A stretch of 64,000 nucleotides of DNA, taken from positions 1,487 through 65,486 of the forward strand of contig JABIAL010000037.1 in the NCBI GenBank assembly GCA_018653315.1, in the 5' to 3' direction. The stretch comes from a bacterium. Its GTDB lineage: Bacteria; Patescibacteriota; Patescibacteriia; UBA1558; GWA2-36-10. Of this stretch, positions 32,668-42,935 are shown in pieces; position 1 is the first letter of the stretch; the number at the start of each line of letters is the position of its first letter. The position numbers and the translations under genes are program-made. The notes beneath the pieces were generated by a model. That model made no database searches. It saw only the letters and a list, made by a program, of their open reading frames with translations, and had not been told where the DNA came from.

Positions 32668-33711
32668 TTATTCTATTTTTGGCTTATCTAAGTCTTCAAT
32701 TTCAATATTTTCACCATTTCCACTTATCTTTAAAATATCTTTATCTACCTTTTTAAATTCTTTACTGCTGAAATTATAGGCATTTATAGCTGTACCTAGG
32801 TGATTACCTAGTTTTTTATGATACTCACTATAAGCCGCCATGTGTTTTTGCAATTTAGTAACATTTGCTCTTATTTCTTTAGCCGACTCCTCTATTTGCA
32901 AAGCACGCAACCCTTGCAAGACTGTCTGCAAATATGCAGCAAAAGTAGTTGGTGAAACAATAATTACTTTTCGTTCATTAAAAGCATAATCAATCAAACT
33001 ACGAGTATTTACTTTGACGGCTCCAACTTCGTTTATTAACAAGTCATAATAAATACCTTCAGCCGGAATAAACATAAAAGCAAAATCTAAAGTATCCTCA
33101 CCCGGACGAATATATTTAGAGGTCTCATCAATCCTCTTTTTCAAATCATTTTTAAATTCTTTTTCTAAAACTTTTTTCTTTTCTTTGTTGGTTTCATTTA
33201 TAATACGGCGATAATTTTCCAAAGAAAACTTGGCATCTACTGGTAATAGTTTATCTTTAATTTTTACTACGGCATCTACTGCTTCACCGCTTTTGAAATG
33301 ATACTGCATCTGATAACTTTGTGGCGGTAAAATATTTGCTAAAATCATCTCTAAGCTAGCCTCACCAAGTGAGCCTCTATTTTTTGAATTAGTCAAAACT
33401 TTTTCTAGATTCTGTAGTTGATCGGTAAAACTTACAACCTGTTTATTTGTTTCTTCTAATTTTAATAACTTTTCAGTAACTTCTTTGGAAAGCCGAGAGG
33501 TTTCTATAAACTGATCTTGTAACATCTTGGAAGAATGTCGACTAGACTGATCAAACTTTTGACTCAACTGCACATTTAAATCATTAATCTGTTGTTGCAA
33601 CATTAATGCAGTTTTATCATCTTCTTTATTGACCGGCTCCTGTTTTTTCATCAACAAAAATACTACTGTTGCAAAACCGACTATAAAAACTATTAATAAA
33701 GCAATATCCAT
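32668..33711 (-). CDS. rmuC: DNA recombination protein RmuC
   Basis: N-terminal TM segment, long coiled coil, and the conserved RmuC core (KNRGSLGE...LPVDAKF). Confidence 0.8.
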   Translation of the reverse strand: MDIALLIVFIVGFATVVFLLMKKQEPVNKEDDKTALMLQQQINDLNVQLSQKFDQSSRHSSKMLQDQFIETSRLSKEVTEKLLKLEETNKQVVSFTDQLQNLEKVLTNSKNRGSLGEASLEMILANILPPQSYQMQYHFKSGEAVDAVVKIKDKLLPVDAKFSLENYRRIINETNKEKKKVLEKEFKNDLKKRIDETSKYIRPGEDTLDFAFMFIPAEGIYYDLLINEVGAVKVNTRSLIDYAFNERKVIIVSPTTFAAYLQTVLQGLRALQIEESAKEIRANVTKLQKHMAAYSEYHKKLGNHLGTAINAYNFSSKEFKKVDKDILKISGNGENIEIEDLDKPKIE

Positions 33712-33721
33712 ATAATTAAAA

Positions 33722-34504
33722 TTATTTTATCTTAAATAATTGTTTAGCATTGTCTCCTGTAATTTTAATCACTTCCTCAACGTTCATATTTTTGATCTCA
33801 GCGATTTTAACAGCTACTTCTTTGACATACACTGGTTCATTGCGCTTACCTCTATAAGGCACCGGGGTTAAATAAGGAGCATCTGTTTCTATCAAAATTT
33901 TATCTAAAGGCATCATTTTTATAATCTCCGCTAATACTCCTGTTTTATCAAATGTAACAATCCCTGTAAAGCCCAAATACAGTTCTAAGTCTAATATTAG
34001 CCTAGCCTGTTCAAGTGAACCACCGAAGCAATGCACTACCGCTTCTCTAACTTGTTGTTCTTTCAAAATATTATAAATGTCTTGATAGACATCTAATCTA
34101 TTCTCTTTGTCGTTGCGGCCGTGAATAATCAAAGCTAGATCATTTTTCTTAGCCAATTCTATGTGTTGTAAAAAAATCTCTTCTTGTTTTTCTTTGGTGT
34201 CTTGATTATGAAAATAGTCTAATCCAGTTTCGCCAATGGCTATTACTTTTTCTGGATTACTATCTATTAATTTTTGATAATCAGCTATTTTAAACTCTTC
34301 ATCCAAAACATGAATCGGATGCAAACCAATACTGGCATAAAAATTTTTATTTTGTTGAGCCAACTCCACAGCTTTTTGACTTGAGTCAAAAGCGGCTCCG
34401 ACATTAATCAGAGCCATCTTAGCTTGCTGACAATGATCTATTACCTCTGCCCGATCATCGTCATAAGCTTGAAAATTAAGATGAGTATGTGAATCTATTA
34501 ACAT
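33722..34504 (-). CDS. tatD: TatD-family metal-dependent DNase/hydrolase
   Basis: MLIDSHTHLNF start, HPIH, ..HCF.. and ETDAPYL motifs. Confidence 0.85.
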   Translation of the reverse strand: MLIDSHTHLNFQAYDDDRAEVIDHCQQAKMALINVGAAFDSSQKAVELAQQNKNFYASIGLHPIHVLDEEFKIADYQKLIDSNPEKVIAIGETGLDYFHNQDTKEKQEEIFLQHIELAKKNDLALIIHGRNDKENRLDVYQDIYNILKEQQVREAVVHCFGGSLEQARLILDLELYLGFTGIVTFDKTGVLAEIIKMMPLDKILIETDAPYLTPVPYRGKRNEPVYVKEVAVKIAEIKNMNVEEVIKITGDNAKQLFKIK

Positions 34505-34505
34505 G

Positions 34506-35012
34506 TTAAATTATTTCTTTTACACTTTTTATAGCTTCAGGAATCAATGGCTTAATGATCACTGCTACACTCAAAGCAATGGCGGCTAATTGTGATTCTT
34601 CTACCACCTCAGCAATAGCATCTGAAAAAGAAAATAAAGATAATAAATAAACCAATGCCGCTACCGCTAGAACACCACCAATAACCCCAACTAAAGATCC
34701 GGCTAACTTATTTGCCAAATCTATGAAAGGTATAATATTAAAAATTTTATTTATGATCCAAACTATAATACTAAATATAATATTAATCAGTATAAAAATA
34801 GCAATGAATCCTAAGATATTAGCTAAAGATTGATTAGTCATACTTAATGACCGCATCAACCAACCTGCTACTTGAGTCATAAAATGTGAGCCGGCCCAAA
34901 TACCAACAATTATACCTAAAAATCCGCCAATAGCACCTACTAAACCAGCTCTAAAACCTTTCCAGAAAAAGAATAATAAGATAACTATAATTACAATGTC
35001 TAACCAATTCAT
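34506..35012 (-). CDS. cvpA: CvpA-family membrane protein
   Basis: MNWLDIVIIVILLFFFWKGFRAGLV N-terminus and four TM helices. Confidence 0.75.
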   Translation of the reverse strand: MNWLDIVIIVILLFFFWKGFRAGLVGAIGGFLGIIVGIWAGSHFMTQVAGWLMRSLSMTNQSLANILGFIAIFILINIIFSIIVWIINKIFNIIPFIDLANKLAGSLVGVIGGVLAVAALVYLLSLFSFSDAIAEVVEESQLAAIALSVAVIIKPLIPEAIKSVKEII

Positions 35013-35022
35013 ATTTTTATTA

Positions 35023-35145
35023 TTAATTTAATTGTATAACATCATATGACTCTGTTTCTTCGATTGATTTAATTCGACAACCAGATACAACAACGGTCAC
35101 AGTTAACAAGAGAAGAACAAAAATCATTAATTTAGAAAATTTCAT
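35023..35145 (-). CDS. Unannotated 40-aa sORF with a lipoprotein-like signal (MKFSKLMIFVLLLLTVTVVVSGC...)
   Basis: The ORF is in the gap between cvpA and the next gene and is not in the supplied ORF track. It has a signal peptide plus lipobox VSGC. It is short, so confidence is low. Confidence 0.25.
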   Translation of the reverse strand: MKFSKLMIFVLLLLTVTVVVSGCRIKSIEETESYDVIQLN

Positions 35146-35176
35146 ATTTTCATCATAAAATAATATATGCCTAAAA

Positions 35177-35395
35177 TTACTTTTCCATTTCTCTTAGCCT
35201 AAAATCATTAAAAAATAAAATTGCTAAGCCAACAACGATTGATATAGAATAACTAATCAATTCATTGCCTGGAAATAAATAAAGATCTAATAATCCCCAA
35301 AGACCTCGCCAATATAACAAAATCCCCAAACCAATAATAATCGAATATACATTTCGATTAGTCTTTTTTAAACGTTGTAACAAATTAGTTTTCAT
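35177..35395 (-). CDS. Hypothetical small membrane protein
   Basis: 72 aa with two hydrophobic helices. Confidence 0.4.
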   Translation of the reverse strand: MKTNLLQRLKKTNRNVYSIIIGLGILLYWRGLWGLLDLYLFPGNELISYSISIVVGLAILFFNDFRLREMEK

Positions 35396-35402
35396 GACTT
35401 TT

Positions 35403-36875
35403 TTACTTTAATCTTTCAAATAATGGTGTACTTGGTTTAACTATTTTATCTGCTGTTAAAATAGTTAAAATTTCTTGAGATTTTTTTGGCATAAAAGGTT
35501 GCAAGGCAATCGCTATATTATATAAATCAGCAGTCCCCTCAGTCAACAAATCCTCTAACTTTATTTTATCATCCGGCTTATCAGATTTAGCAAGCTCCCA
35601 TGGCTTTTGCTGATCAATTGCTTGATTCAAATTCTTTATGGGAATCCACGTTCTAAGTAATGCACCCCTAAAATCTAATTTTTCTATCTTCTCTTGAGTT
35701 TCTGACACAAAATGTTTCTCTGCTTTGTTAAATTTAACCTTGCCGCCTAAATAATCTTCTGTCATCTTTGTAATGCGGTTTACTAAATTGCCTAAGCCGT
35801 TTACTAAATCAGCATTATACTTAACGCCGAACTCTTCTATTTTGATATCTGACTCTGAACCAAAAGAAAATTGAGATAAAATTAAATATTTAGTTGCTTC
35901 CGCTCCATATTTATCTACTAATTCATCCGGATGAATGACATTGCCCAAAGTTTTGGACATTTTTTTGCCATCGATAGTAAAAAAGCCATGGATATTTAAT
36001 TGCTTTGGCAAATCAGCTCCCAAGGCTAACAATATTGCTGGCCAATAAATAGCGTGGAACTTCAAAATATCTAGAGCCATCACTTGGTTATCAGCTGGCC
36101 AATATTTTTTGAATAACTCGCCATCCGGATAATCTAAGGCCGTAATATAATTAGATAGTGCGTCTACCCAAACATAAGCTTTTTGATTCTCATCCCAAGG
36201 TAAATCAATCCCCCAAGAAACAGCTTTAGCTGAACGAGAAATAGAAAAATCTGGTAAATCTTGTTTCTCTAATAAACCCAGAACTTCATTTTTTCTAGAT
36301 TCTGGATAAATAATTAATTCATTATTTTTTATTTTTTCAATAATAGTTGGCAAAAAATCCTGCAGTTTAAAAAACCAATTTTTCTCAGTTACTTGTTCGG
36401 GTTTTTTGTTATGATCCGGGCATAGACCATTGTCTAATTCATTTTCGGTAATGAATTTTTCACAACCAACACAATACAAACCTTGATAATCTGCTTCATA
36501 CAAAACATCATTGCCTTGCGGTGTTTTGGCTGTTTTTAATTTATTTAAAATTTCGGTTACAATTTCTTTATGCTTGTCATCAGTAGTGCGAATAAATTGA
36601 TCATGTTCAATTTCTAGTTTTGCCCAAGCATCTTGAAACTGTTGGCTTACTTGGTCAGTAAAAATCTGTGGTTCTACTCCTGTCTTAGCAGCTGACTCTG
36701 CAATCTTTGCTCCATGCTCATCAGTGCCAGTCAAGAAATAAACATCAGCTCCTTGCTGACGATAAAAACGAGCTAACACATCAGCGACAATGGTAGTATA
36801 AGCATGACCAATGTGTGGCTGGTCATTGACATAATAAATTGGAGTTGTAATATAGTATTTTTTCTTTTCGGTCAT
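35403..36875 (-). CDS. metG: Methionyl-tRNA synthetase (short form without a C-terminal dimerisation domain)
   Basis: HIGH motif (PHIGHAYTT), KMSKT (KMSKTLGN) and Zn-knuckle cysteines (CVGCEKF...CPDH). Confidence 0.9.
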   Translation of the reverse strand: MTEKKKYYITTPIYYVNDQPHIGHAYTTIVADVLARFYRQQGADVYFLTGTDEHGAKIAESAAKTGVEPQIFTDQVSQQFQDAWAKLEIEHDQFIRTTDDKHKEIVTEILNKLKTAKTPQGNDVLYEADYQGLYCVGCEKFITENELDNGLCPDHNKKPEQVTEKNWFFKLQDFLPTIIEKIKNNELIIYPESRKNEVLGLLEKQDLPDFSISRSAKAVSWGIDLPWDENQKAYVWVDALSNYITALDYPDGELFKKYWPADNQVMALDILKFHAIYWPAILLALGADLPKQLNIHGFFTIDGKKMSKTLGNVIHPDELVDKYGAEATKYLILSQFSFGSESDIKIEEFGVKYNADLVNGLGNLVNRITKMTEDYLGGKVKFNKAEKHFVSETQEKIEKLDFRGALLRTWIPIKNLNQAIDQQKPWELAKSDKPDDKIKLEDLLTEGTADLYNIAIALQPFMPKKSQEILTILTADKIVKPSTPLFERLK

Positions 36876-36896
36876 AGATTATTCTACAAAGTATTT

Positions 36897-37400
36897 TTAT
36901 TTGATTTCTTCTAACTTATTATTTAAAATTCCATATATTTGATCTACATATTTATTTGGCACCAATAATGGGAAAAATCCGTGTTTATCTTTTTTAATAT
37001 AATATTTCTTTCGTTCTGCACTATTTGGTCCACTACTGAAATCAGGATTTTCTTCCGGATAACTTGAGTGCTTAGTACTAAATGATTTTAAGTCTTCCCA
37101 TTTATATTCATATTTTTTATTACCCTTTGCTTCGGTCACTATAATAGCATTTTCATTCACTTCAAATAACTGAACCCTTAATTTAAATTTACGTTTAAGA
37201 AATAAATGCCAAAATAATAAGCTAATGATATATGCAAATATTAGCGTAATGCCAAAACTTGTTTCTCTATTCTCAAAATAATAAACATACAAATAAATAA
37301 CGCCACTAAAATAAAAACAAAAACCTAAAATTTTAGGCATTATACTGGCTCTTTTTAAATCATCGGCTGTGGGCTCATAGCGCCATTGTATTGATTCCAT
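36897..37400 (-). CDS. Hypothetical membrane protein
   Basis: 167 aa with two N-terminal TM helices and no family recognised. Confidence 0.4.
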   Translation of the reverse strand: MESIQWRYEPTADDLKRASIMPKILGFCFYFSGVIYLYVYYFENRETSFGITLIFAYIISLLFWHLFLKRKFKLRVQLFEVNENAIIVTEAKGNKKYEYKWEDLKSFSTKHSSYPEENPDFSSGPNSAERKKYYIKKDKHGFFPLLVPNKYVDQIYGILNNKLEEIK

Positions 37401-37404
37401 AAAA

Positions 37405-38073
37405 TTATTTATTTACTATAATAATAAACTCTCCCTTGACTTGTATTTTATCTGCATTTAAAATTTCTAAAATTTCTTGAGCTGTGCCACGATAAATAGT
37501 CTCAAACTTTTTTGTTAACTCTCGACCAACGATCAACTGTTTATCACAATCGCCTAGTTGCTCTAAAGCTTTTTGAATACGATGCACGGATTCCAAAAAT
37601 ATTACCGGACGTTTAGAATCTTTAATTTCTGTCATCAAAGTTTGTCGACCCTTTTTATGAGGTAAAAAACCTAAAAACAAAAATTTATCTAGCTGAATCC
37701 CAGCTATTGAAATAATAGTCGTCAAACTAGATGCACCTGGTATCGGTACAATATTTACTTCTGGAAAATCAATTAGCACTTTCTCAATCAATTTCCCTCC
37801 TGGATCAGACAATCCCGGTGTACCAGCATCAGTTACTACAGCCAAATCTTTATCTTCATTTAATAGTTTTTTTATTTTATTCCAATCAGCATCTTTACTA
37901 TGTTGATGCCAAACTAATAATTGAGTCTTAATATCAAAATGCTCTAGTAATTTTTTAGTCACTCTTTTGTCTTCTGCTACTACAAAATCTACCTCGGCCA
38001 GAATTCTTTTAGCTCGCAAAGTTAAATCTTCTAAATTTCCAATTGGCGTAGCAACAAAATAAAGAGTAGACAT
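37405..38073 (-). CDS. rsmI: 16S rRNA (cytidine1402-2'-O)-methyltransferase RsmI
   Basis: LYFVATPIGNLEDLTLRA N-terminus (tetrapyrrole-methylase fold) and DAGTPGLSDPG. Confidence 0.85.
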   Translation of the reverse strand: MSTLYFVATPIGNLEDLTLRAKRILAEVDFVVAEDKRVTKKLLEHFDIKTQLLVWHQHSKDADWNKIKKLLNEDKDLAVVTDAGTPGLSDPGGKLIEKVLIDFPEVNIVPIPGASSLTTIISIAGIQLDKFLFLGFLPHKKGRQTLMTEIKDSKRPVIFLESVHRIQKALEQLGDCDKQLIVGRELTKKFETIYRGTAQEILEILNADKIQVKGEFIIIVNK

Positions 38074-39122
38074 TATTTAGCTAATTTAGTTTCTTGTTTA
38101 GTTTTTCGACTAAGTAAATCTTCAAAATAAACAGCAAAGGCAGTGGCTACTGGCACGGCTAATATTGCTCCTACTGGCCCAGCAAGACGAGCACCCGTCA
38201 AAATACTAAGAATAACAATAATCGGATTAAGGCCAACAATCTTACCCATCACCTTTGGTACAATCAACTGATTTTCTGCTTGCTGAATTACAAAATATAA
38301 ACCAAGCACAGCTAAAGCACGCCAAGGATCTTGAGCATAAGCTAAAAATATAGCTGGCACAGCAGACATTAGTGGACCTAAATAAGGTATAATTTCAAAT
38401 AATCCTGCTACTAAAGCTAAAATAAGAGCATATTTAATACCGATAATACTCAAGCCCAAATAAACCAGTATGAAGACAATAACCGACAAAATTAGTTGGC
38501 CACGCAACCAATATCCCATGCGATGCTGAATTTTATTTATCAATTGAGTAACATATGGTTGATGTCTCGATGGTGTCATACTACGAATAAATCGCTTCAT
38601 ACCATCTTCTTCTACTACCAGGTAAAAAGTAATTACTAGAATAATAAAGAAAGAAATCACCCCGCCAAATAAAGATACGACAAAGCTAAATATGCCATTA
38701 GTAGCTTTTGATAAACCACTAGAGATAAAAGATAGCCCTGTTGCTTGTTGTGTTTCACTACTAGTAAAACTTAACTGTTGTAAATTCTTGAAACCCTCTT
38801 CTATCTTTTGATAAAACTGAGCTGTATTAGCATCACGTGACACCTCTTTGATTTGTTCAACAACTGGACCAGAAATCAAAAATATTGTTCCTGCAACCAA
38901 AGATAAAAAGATAATATAAACTCCTAAAATACTTAATGCACGAGGAATTCTTCTGGCCTGCAACCAATCTACCATTGGATCAAAAGCGGCTGATAAAACA
39001 ATCGCTATGAACAATAGGGCTAAGACGTCTTTGATTAAAAACAAAAAGCCTAGGAGCAAAAAAATGACAATGACCCTAACGATTGTACCTGTCGAAATTG
39101 ATACATTCTTAAAATTTGACAT
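38073..39122 (-). CDS. AI-2E family transporter (PerM/YhhT-like permease)
   Basis: 349 aa with ~8 TM helices and the typical AI-2E C-terminal region (LAGPVGAILAVPV). Confidence 0.75.
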   Translation of the reverse strand: MSNFKNVSISTGTIVRVIVIFLLLGFLFLIKDVLALLFIAIVLSAAFDPMVDWLQARRIPRALSILGVYIIFLSLVAGTIFLISGPVVEQIKEVSRDANTAQFYQKIEEGFKNLQQLSFTSSETQQATGLSFISSGLSKATNGIFSFVVSLFGGVISFFIILVITFYLVVEEDGMKRFIRSMTPSRHQPYVTQLINKIQHRMGYWLRGQLILSVIVFILVYLGLSIIGIKYALILALVAGLFEIIPYLGPLMSAVPAIFLAYAQDPWRALAVLGLYFVIQQAENQLIVPKVMGKIVGLNPIIVILSILTGARLAGPVGAILAVPVATAFAVYFEDLLSRKTKQETKLAK

Positions 39123-39125
39123 AAA

Positions 39126-40415
39126 CTATTTATTTAGAATATTTAAAAATTTATTTTTATTGGTGAATGAACCGATAATAGCCAAATTAGCTTTTGGCCA
39201 GGAAATAATCTCACTAGCTAAATTATTTATCTGTTTTAAAGTAACTTTTTCTAAATCAATCAATAACTGGTCTAAATCTCTAATTTTTTTCTCTAATAAC
39301 TCCTGTCCAGAAATAAAATTTAACTGAGTATTTATATCTTCTAACTTCAAAATTAAACGACCTCGCATATTATCTTTAGCATGACGCAATTCTTCAATGC
39401 CAATACCGTCATTCTTCAACTTGTTCAGTTCATCCTTAATAGCCTGCAAAGCTTCATATATCTTATCTTTATTTAAACCAGCATGAATAGCAAAACTAGA
39501 AATATCTTCGTATCCAGAAGCCACGGCTTTAATAAAATAACACAGCCCACGACGTTCTCTAATTTGTAAAAATAAACGTGAGCTCATAGTGCCCCCTAAA
39601 ACATTAGCCAACACCTGACTGACTAAAAACTTTGGATCATTTTTGGCTACACTACGCCAGCCTAAATTAAGCTGTACCTGCTCTAATCCATTACGAGATA
39701 AAATTGTTACTCGTGGAGCTTGTTGTAGTTTCGGTTTTGTCTGAATATTCCTTACTCTAGTCTTAGTTTTAACAATTGGAAAAAACTTATCAATCAACTT
39801 CAAAACTTGCTGTTCTTTAAAATTTCCGGCTACAGCTATTACAGAATTTCCAGAATAATAATATTTCTGATAATAATTATACAAACTATTGCGAGTAATA
39901 TTACGAATATTGTCTCGCGGACCAGCAATCAACCTGCCTAAAGGTGTGTCCTGATACAATAAATTTTCAAAAACATCTTCTATGTACATCAAAGGATTAT
40001 CTTCGTACATATTTATCTCCTCGATAATTACCCCTCGCTCTCGATCAATTTCTGTTTTTTCAAATTTAGAATTATGCAGCATATCTGACAACATTTCTAC
40101 TGCCAAAGGCAAATGACTACTATCTGCCTTAATATAATATCCCGTGTGATCTTTACCAGTAAAAGCATTATACTCAGCACCAATGCCATCTAATTCCTTA
40201 GAAATTGAGGCTGTATCCGGTCGCTTGTCTGTACCCTTGAACATCAGGTGCTCTACAAAATGAGAAGCGCCGTTATTCTTGTCATTTTCTTGACGGGAAC
40301 CAACTTTATATAAAACTTCAAAAGTTATAGCCTTTGTTTCTTTTTGTGGTAGCAAAATTATGACACTACCGTCTTTTCTTACAATTCGTTTATACATTTG
40401 GCACACAATCACCAA
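39126..40415 (-). CDS. M16-family (pitrilysin/insulinase-like) zinc peptidase
   Basis: The inverted zinc motif HxxEH is present (GASHFVEHLMFKGT), with matching length and domain layout. Confidence 0.8.
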   Translation of the reverse strand: MVIVCQMYKRIVRKDGSVIILLPQKETKAITFEVLYKVGSRQENDKNNGASHFVEHLMFKGTDKRPDTASISKELDGIGAEYNAFTGKDHTGYYIKADSSHLPLAVEMLSDMLHNSKFEKTEIDRERGVIIEEINMYEDNPLMYIEDVFENLLYQDTPLGRLIAGPRDNIRNITRNSLYNYYQKYYYSGNSVIAVAGNFKEQQVLKLIDKFFPIVKTKTRVRNIQTKPKLQQAPRVTILSRNGLEQVQLNLGWRSVAKNDPKFLVSQVLANVLGGTMSSRLFLQIRERRGLCYFIKAVASGYEDISSFAIHAGLNKDKIYEALQAIKDELNKLKNDGIGIEELRHAKDNMRGRLILKLEDINTQLNFISGQELLEKKIRDLDQLLIDLEKVTLKQINNLASEIISWPKANLAIIGSFTNKNKFLNILNK

Positions 40416-41364
40416 TCATATAAAATGGAAAATTATACGGCGTAACCACAGAACACATTATAGCACCATTTCCTTCATGAACAATTGTCCAATCACCATC
40501 TCTTTTGGCCGCTAAAAACATTCCTCCTTCACCATTCAAATTGACAAAGCCTCGGACATGCTCATAAGATTGCTGTAATACTTTAACACTGACATTCTCT
40601 ACACTAATACCGTGATCATACGCAAAAACATGTTCTAATATGGAATTCAATTCTTCACGCTCATCTTCTGCTGCTTGATGTAAAAACTCAAAACTATCTA
40701 CAATAGTATCAAAATATTCTATGTCTTCAATCTCAGTGCTATTTATAAAAATATTGATACGTCCACTTTCTAATAAAACACTAACTCCGCTCTTAGGAAA
40801 ACCATTATAAGTAACTCTTAATCCATCTACGCCATTAATATTAATATCCTGTCTACTGGTGTATTGAATTTCTGTAGTACTCTCCATATAGTCTAGATAA
40901 TCAGATAATGAAAATTTAGACGAGATTAACTCTACACCACCTAAAGCCATGCCACTAGGCGTAGCTTCTGGCCCAAAGAAAGCATAATTAGGATCATATT
41001 TACTAGTAACAACATTCCACGCCTCCGGATACTCAAAACCATAACCAAAGGTTAAATTACTATAAGTCTGTAAACCATCTACAACTTCTTCCTCCTCTTC
41101 TCCATCATCTCCCTGTAAATCTTCAATCTGTTGTTGCAGAGATTCTGTTTGATTAGTCAAAGCTTCGACTTGTTCTTGCAAGATATCATCATCGCGCTCT
41201 GTATCTGGCAAAACAACAAATTCATACGTAGCGTAAGCGCCAGCAGCTACAACAATAAAGGTGATGATAATACTTAAAGTAATTGCCAAGGCCTTGCCTG
41301 ATTTCACAGGTTTTTGTAATGGAGCTGGCCTTAATGGTGGCAGTGGTTTTATTTTTGCTTCCAT
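40390..41364 (-). CDS. Hypothetical membrane-anchored protein with an acidic coiled coil (EQVEALTNQTESLQQQIEDLQGDDGEEEEE)
   Basis: 324 aa with an N-terminal TM segment. It overlaps the M16 peptidase gene by 26 nt. Confidence 0.4.
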   Translation of the reverse strand: MEAKIKPLPPLRPAPLQKPVKSGKALAITLSIIITFIVVAAGAYATYEFVVLPDTERDDDILQEQVEALTNQTESLQQQIEDLQGDDGEEEEEVVDGLQTYSNLTFGYGFEYPEAWNVVTSKYDPNYAFFGPEATPSGMALGGVELISSKFSLSDYLDYMESTTEIQYTSRQDININGVDGLRVTYNGFPKSGVSVLLESGRINIFINSTEIEDIEYFDTIVDSFEFLHQAAEDEREELNSILEHVFAYDHGISVENVSVKVLQQSYEHVRGFVNLNGEGGMFLAAKRDGDWTIVHEGNGAIMCSVVTPYNFPFYMIGDCVPNV

Positions 41365-41370
41365 AATTTT

Positions 41371-42756
41371 TTATGTTAATTTTTCTTTAAAATAACTTTC
41401 TAAATCAGCAATAGCAATTCGCTCTTGCTCCATGGTATCTCGATCCCTGACTGTCACCTGATTATCTTCTAGACTTTCGAAATCAACTGTTACACAATAT
41501 GGCGTACCAATTTCATCTTGACGACGATAACGTTTTCCAATAGAAGCCGTCTCATCATATTGAATACGATAACTCTTCACTAAATCATCATAAATCTCTT
41601 TAGCCTTATTAGCTAAAGGTTCTTTTTTAGAAAGCGGTAAAATAGCTATCTTGATTGGCGCTAACCTATGATGAAGTTTTAACACTACTTCTTTCTCTTT
41701 ATTACTTTCGGTAGTAGTAGTCCGACCACCGTCTATTTCTGTATAAGCGTCAAATAAAAATGCTAAAAATGCTCGATCAACACCACCAGAGGTTTCAATC
41801 ACATTAGGAATATAATCATTATTATCTTCATCTTTAACAGTCATCTTTTCACCAGAATATTCTTGGTGACGAGATAAATCCCATTCACCGCGATGATGAA
41901 CGCCTTCTAATTCTTTGAAAGGCTCTTCCCCTGAAAAAGCAAATTTATATTCAATATCCAAGGCTCGTTTAGCATAATGAGCTAATTCGTCTTCATCATG
42001 TTCTCGAAAACGTAAATTATCTGGATTTATACCTAAAGACAGGTACCAATCCATACGTAATTGTTGCCAATTAGCGAAAACCTCCTCTGTTTTATCTGGA
42101 TGAACAAAATATTGCATTTCCATTTGTTCAAATTCACGCATCCGGAAAATAAAATTACCAGGCGTAATTTCATTACGGAAAGCTTTACCTATCTGGGCAA
42201 TACCAAATGGCATCTTCAGACGCATGCTATCTTTGACATTCAAAAAATTTACATAAATACCTTGCGCTGTTTCTGGTCTTAGATAAATTTGGTTAGCATC
42301 TTCTTCTACTGGACCAATAAAAGTTTTGAACATTAAATTAAATTGACGAATATCCGTCAAATCACCTCCACAATCAGGACATTTTATATTTTTAATCTCT
42401 TCTGGCTTTTCATGAAAATGATCCGGCTTCAAACCCTTGCTTTCTAATAGATGGTCTGCTCTAAAACGAGTTTTACATTTCTTACAATCCACTAATGGAT
42501 CACTAAAACCTTGAATATGTCCTGAAGCTTCCCAAATCTTGGGATGCATCAAAATACCAGAGTCTAAACCAACGACATCTCGACGAGCCAACATAAAATC
42601 TTGCCAAGCTTGTTTAATGTTGTTTTTTAACTCAACTCCCAAGGGACCATAATCATGAATAGAGCTTAAGCCGCCATAAATTGTCGACGAAGGAAAGACA
42701 AAACCACGAGTTTTTGCTAGATTAACTACCTTATCAAACTTACGTTCATTTTCCAT
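41371..42756 (-). CDS. glyQS: Glycyl-tRNA synthetase (dimeric class II type)
   Basis: Class II motifs and the FRNEITPGNFIFRMREFEQME segment match GlyRS, as does the 461-aa length. Confidence 0.9.
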   Translation of the reverse strand: MENERKFDKVVNLAKTRGFVFPSSTIYGGLSSIHDYGPLGVELKNNIKQAWQDFMLARRDVVGLDSGILMHPKIWEASGHIQGFSDPLVDCKKCKTRFRADHLLESKGLKPDHFHEKPEEIKNIKCPDCGGDLTDIRQFNLMFKTFIGPVEEDANQIYLRPETAQGIYVNFLNVKDSMRLKMPFGIAQIGKAFRNEITPGNFIFRMREFEQMEMQYFVHPDKTEEVFANWQQLRMDWYLSLGINPDNLRFREHDEDELAHYAKRALDIEYKFAFSGEEPFKELEGVHHRGEWDLSRHQEYSGEKMTVKDEDNNDYIPNVIETSGGVDRAFLAFLFDAYTEIDGGRTTTTESNKEKEVVLKLHHRLAPIKIAILPLSKKEPLANKAKEIYDDLVKSYRIQYDETASIGKRYRRQDEIGTPYCVTVDFESLEDNQVTVRDRDTMEQERIAIADLESYFKEKLT

Positions 42757-42791
42757 AATAAATACCTCTAAAATATATAATCAATGCTCAA

Positions 42792-42820
42792 ATTATAACT
42801 AATATCGCTACTTTTAGCAA
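42792..42820 (-). promoter_or_regulatory. Sigma70-like promoter TTGCTA-17-TATAAT for glyQS (minus strand)
   Basis: rc of 42815-42820 is TTGCTA and rc of 42792-42797 is TATAAT, with a 17-nt spacer, ~35 nt upstream of the ATG. Confidence 0.45.
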
Positions 42821-42935
42821 TATTGACGGATAGGCAAAAAATCATTAAACAAAATAAAAAACCCAACAACCAAAATAATTGTGACATGATAAAATATTGT
42901 CTAAAAATAGACTTCTATATTGTATAGAATTTCTT

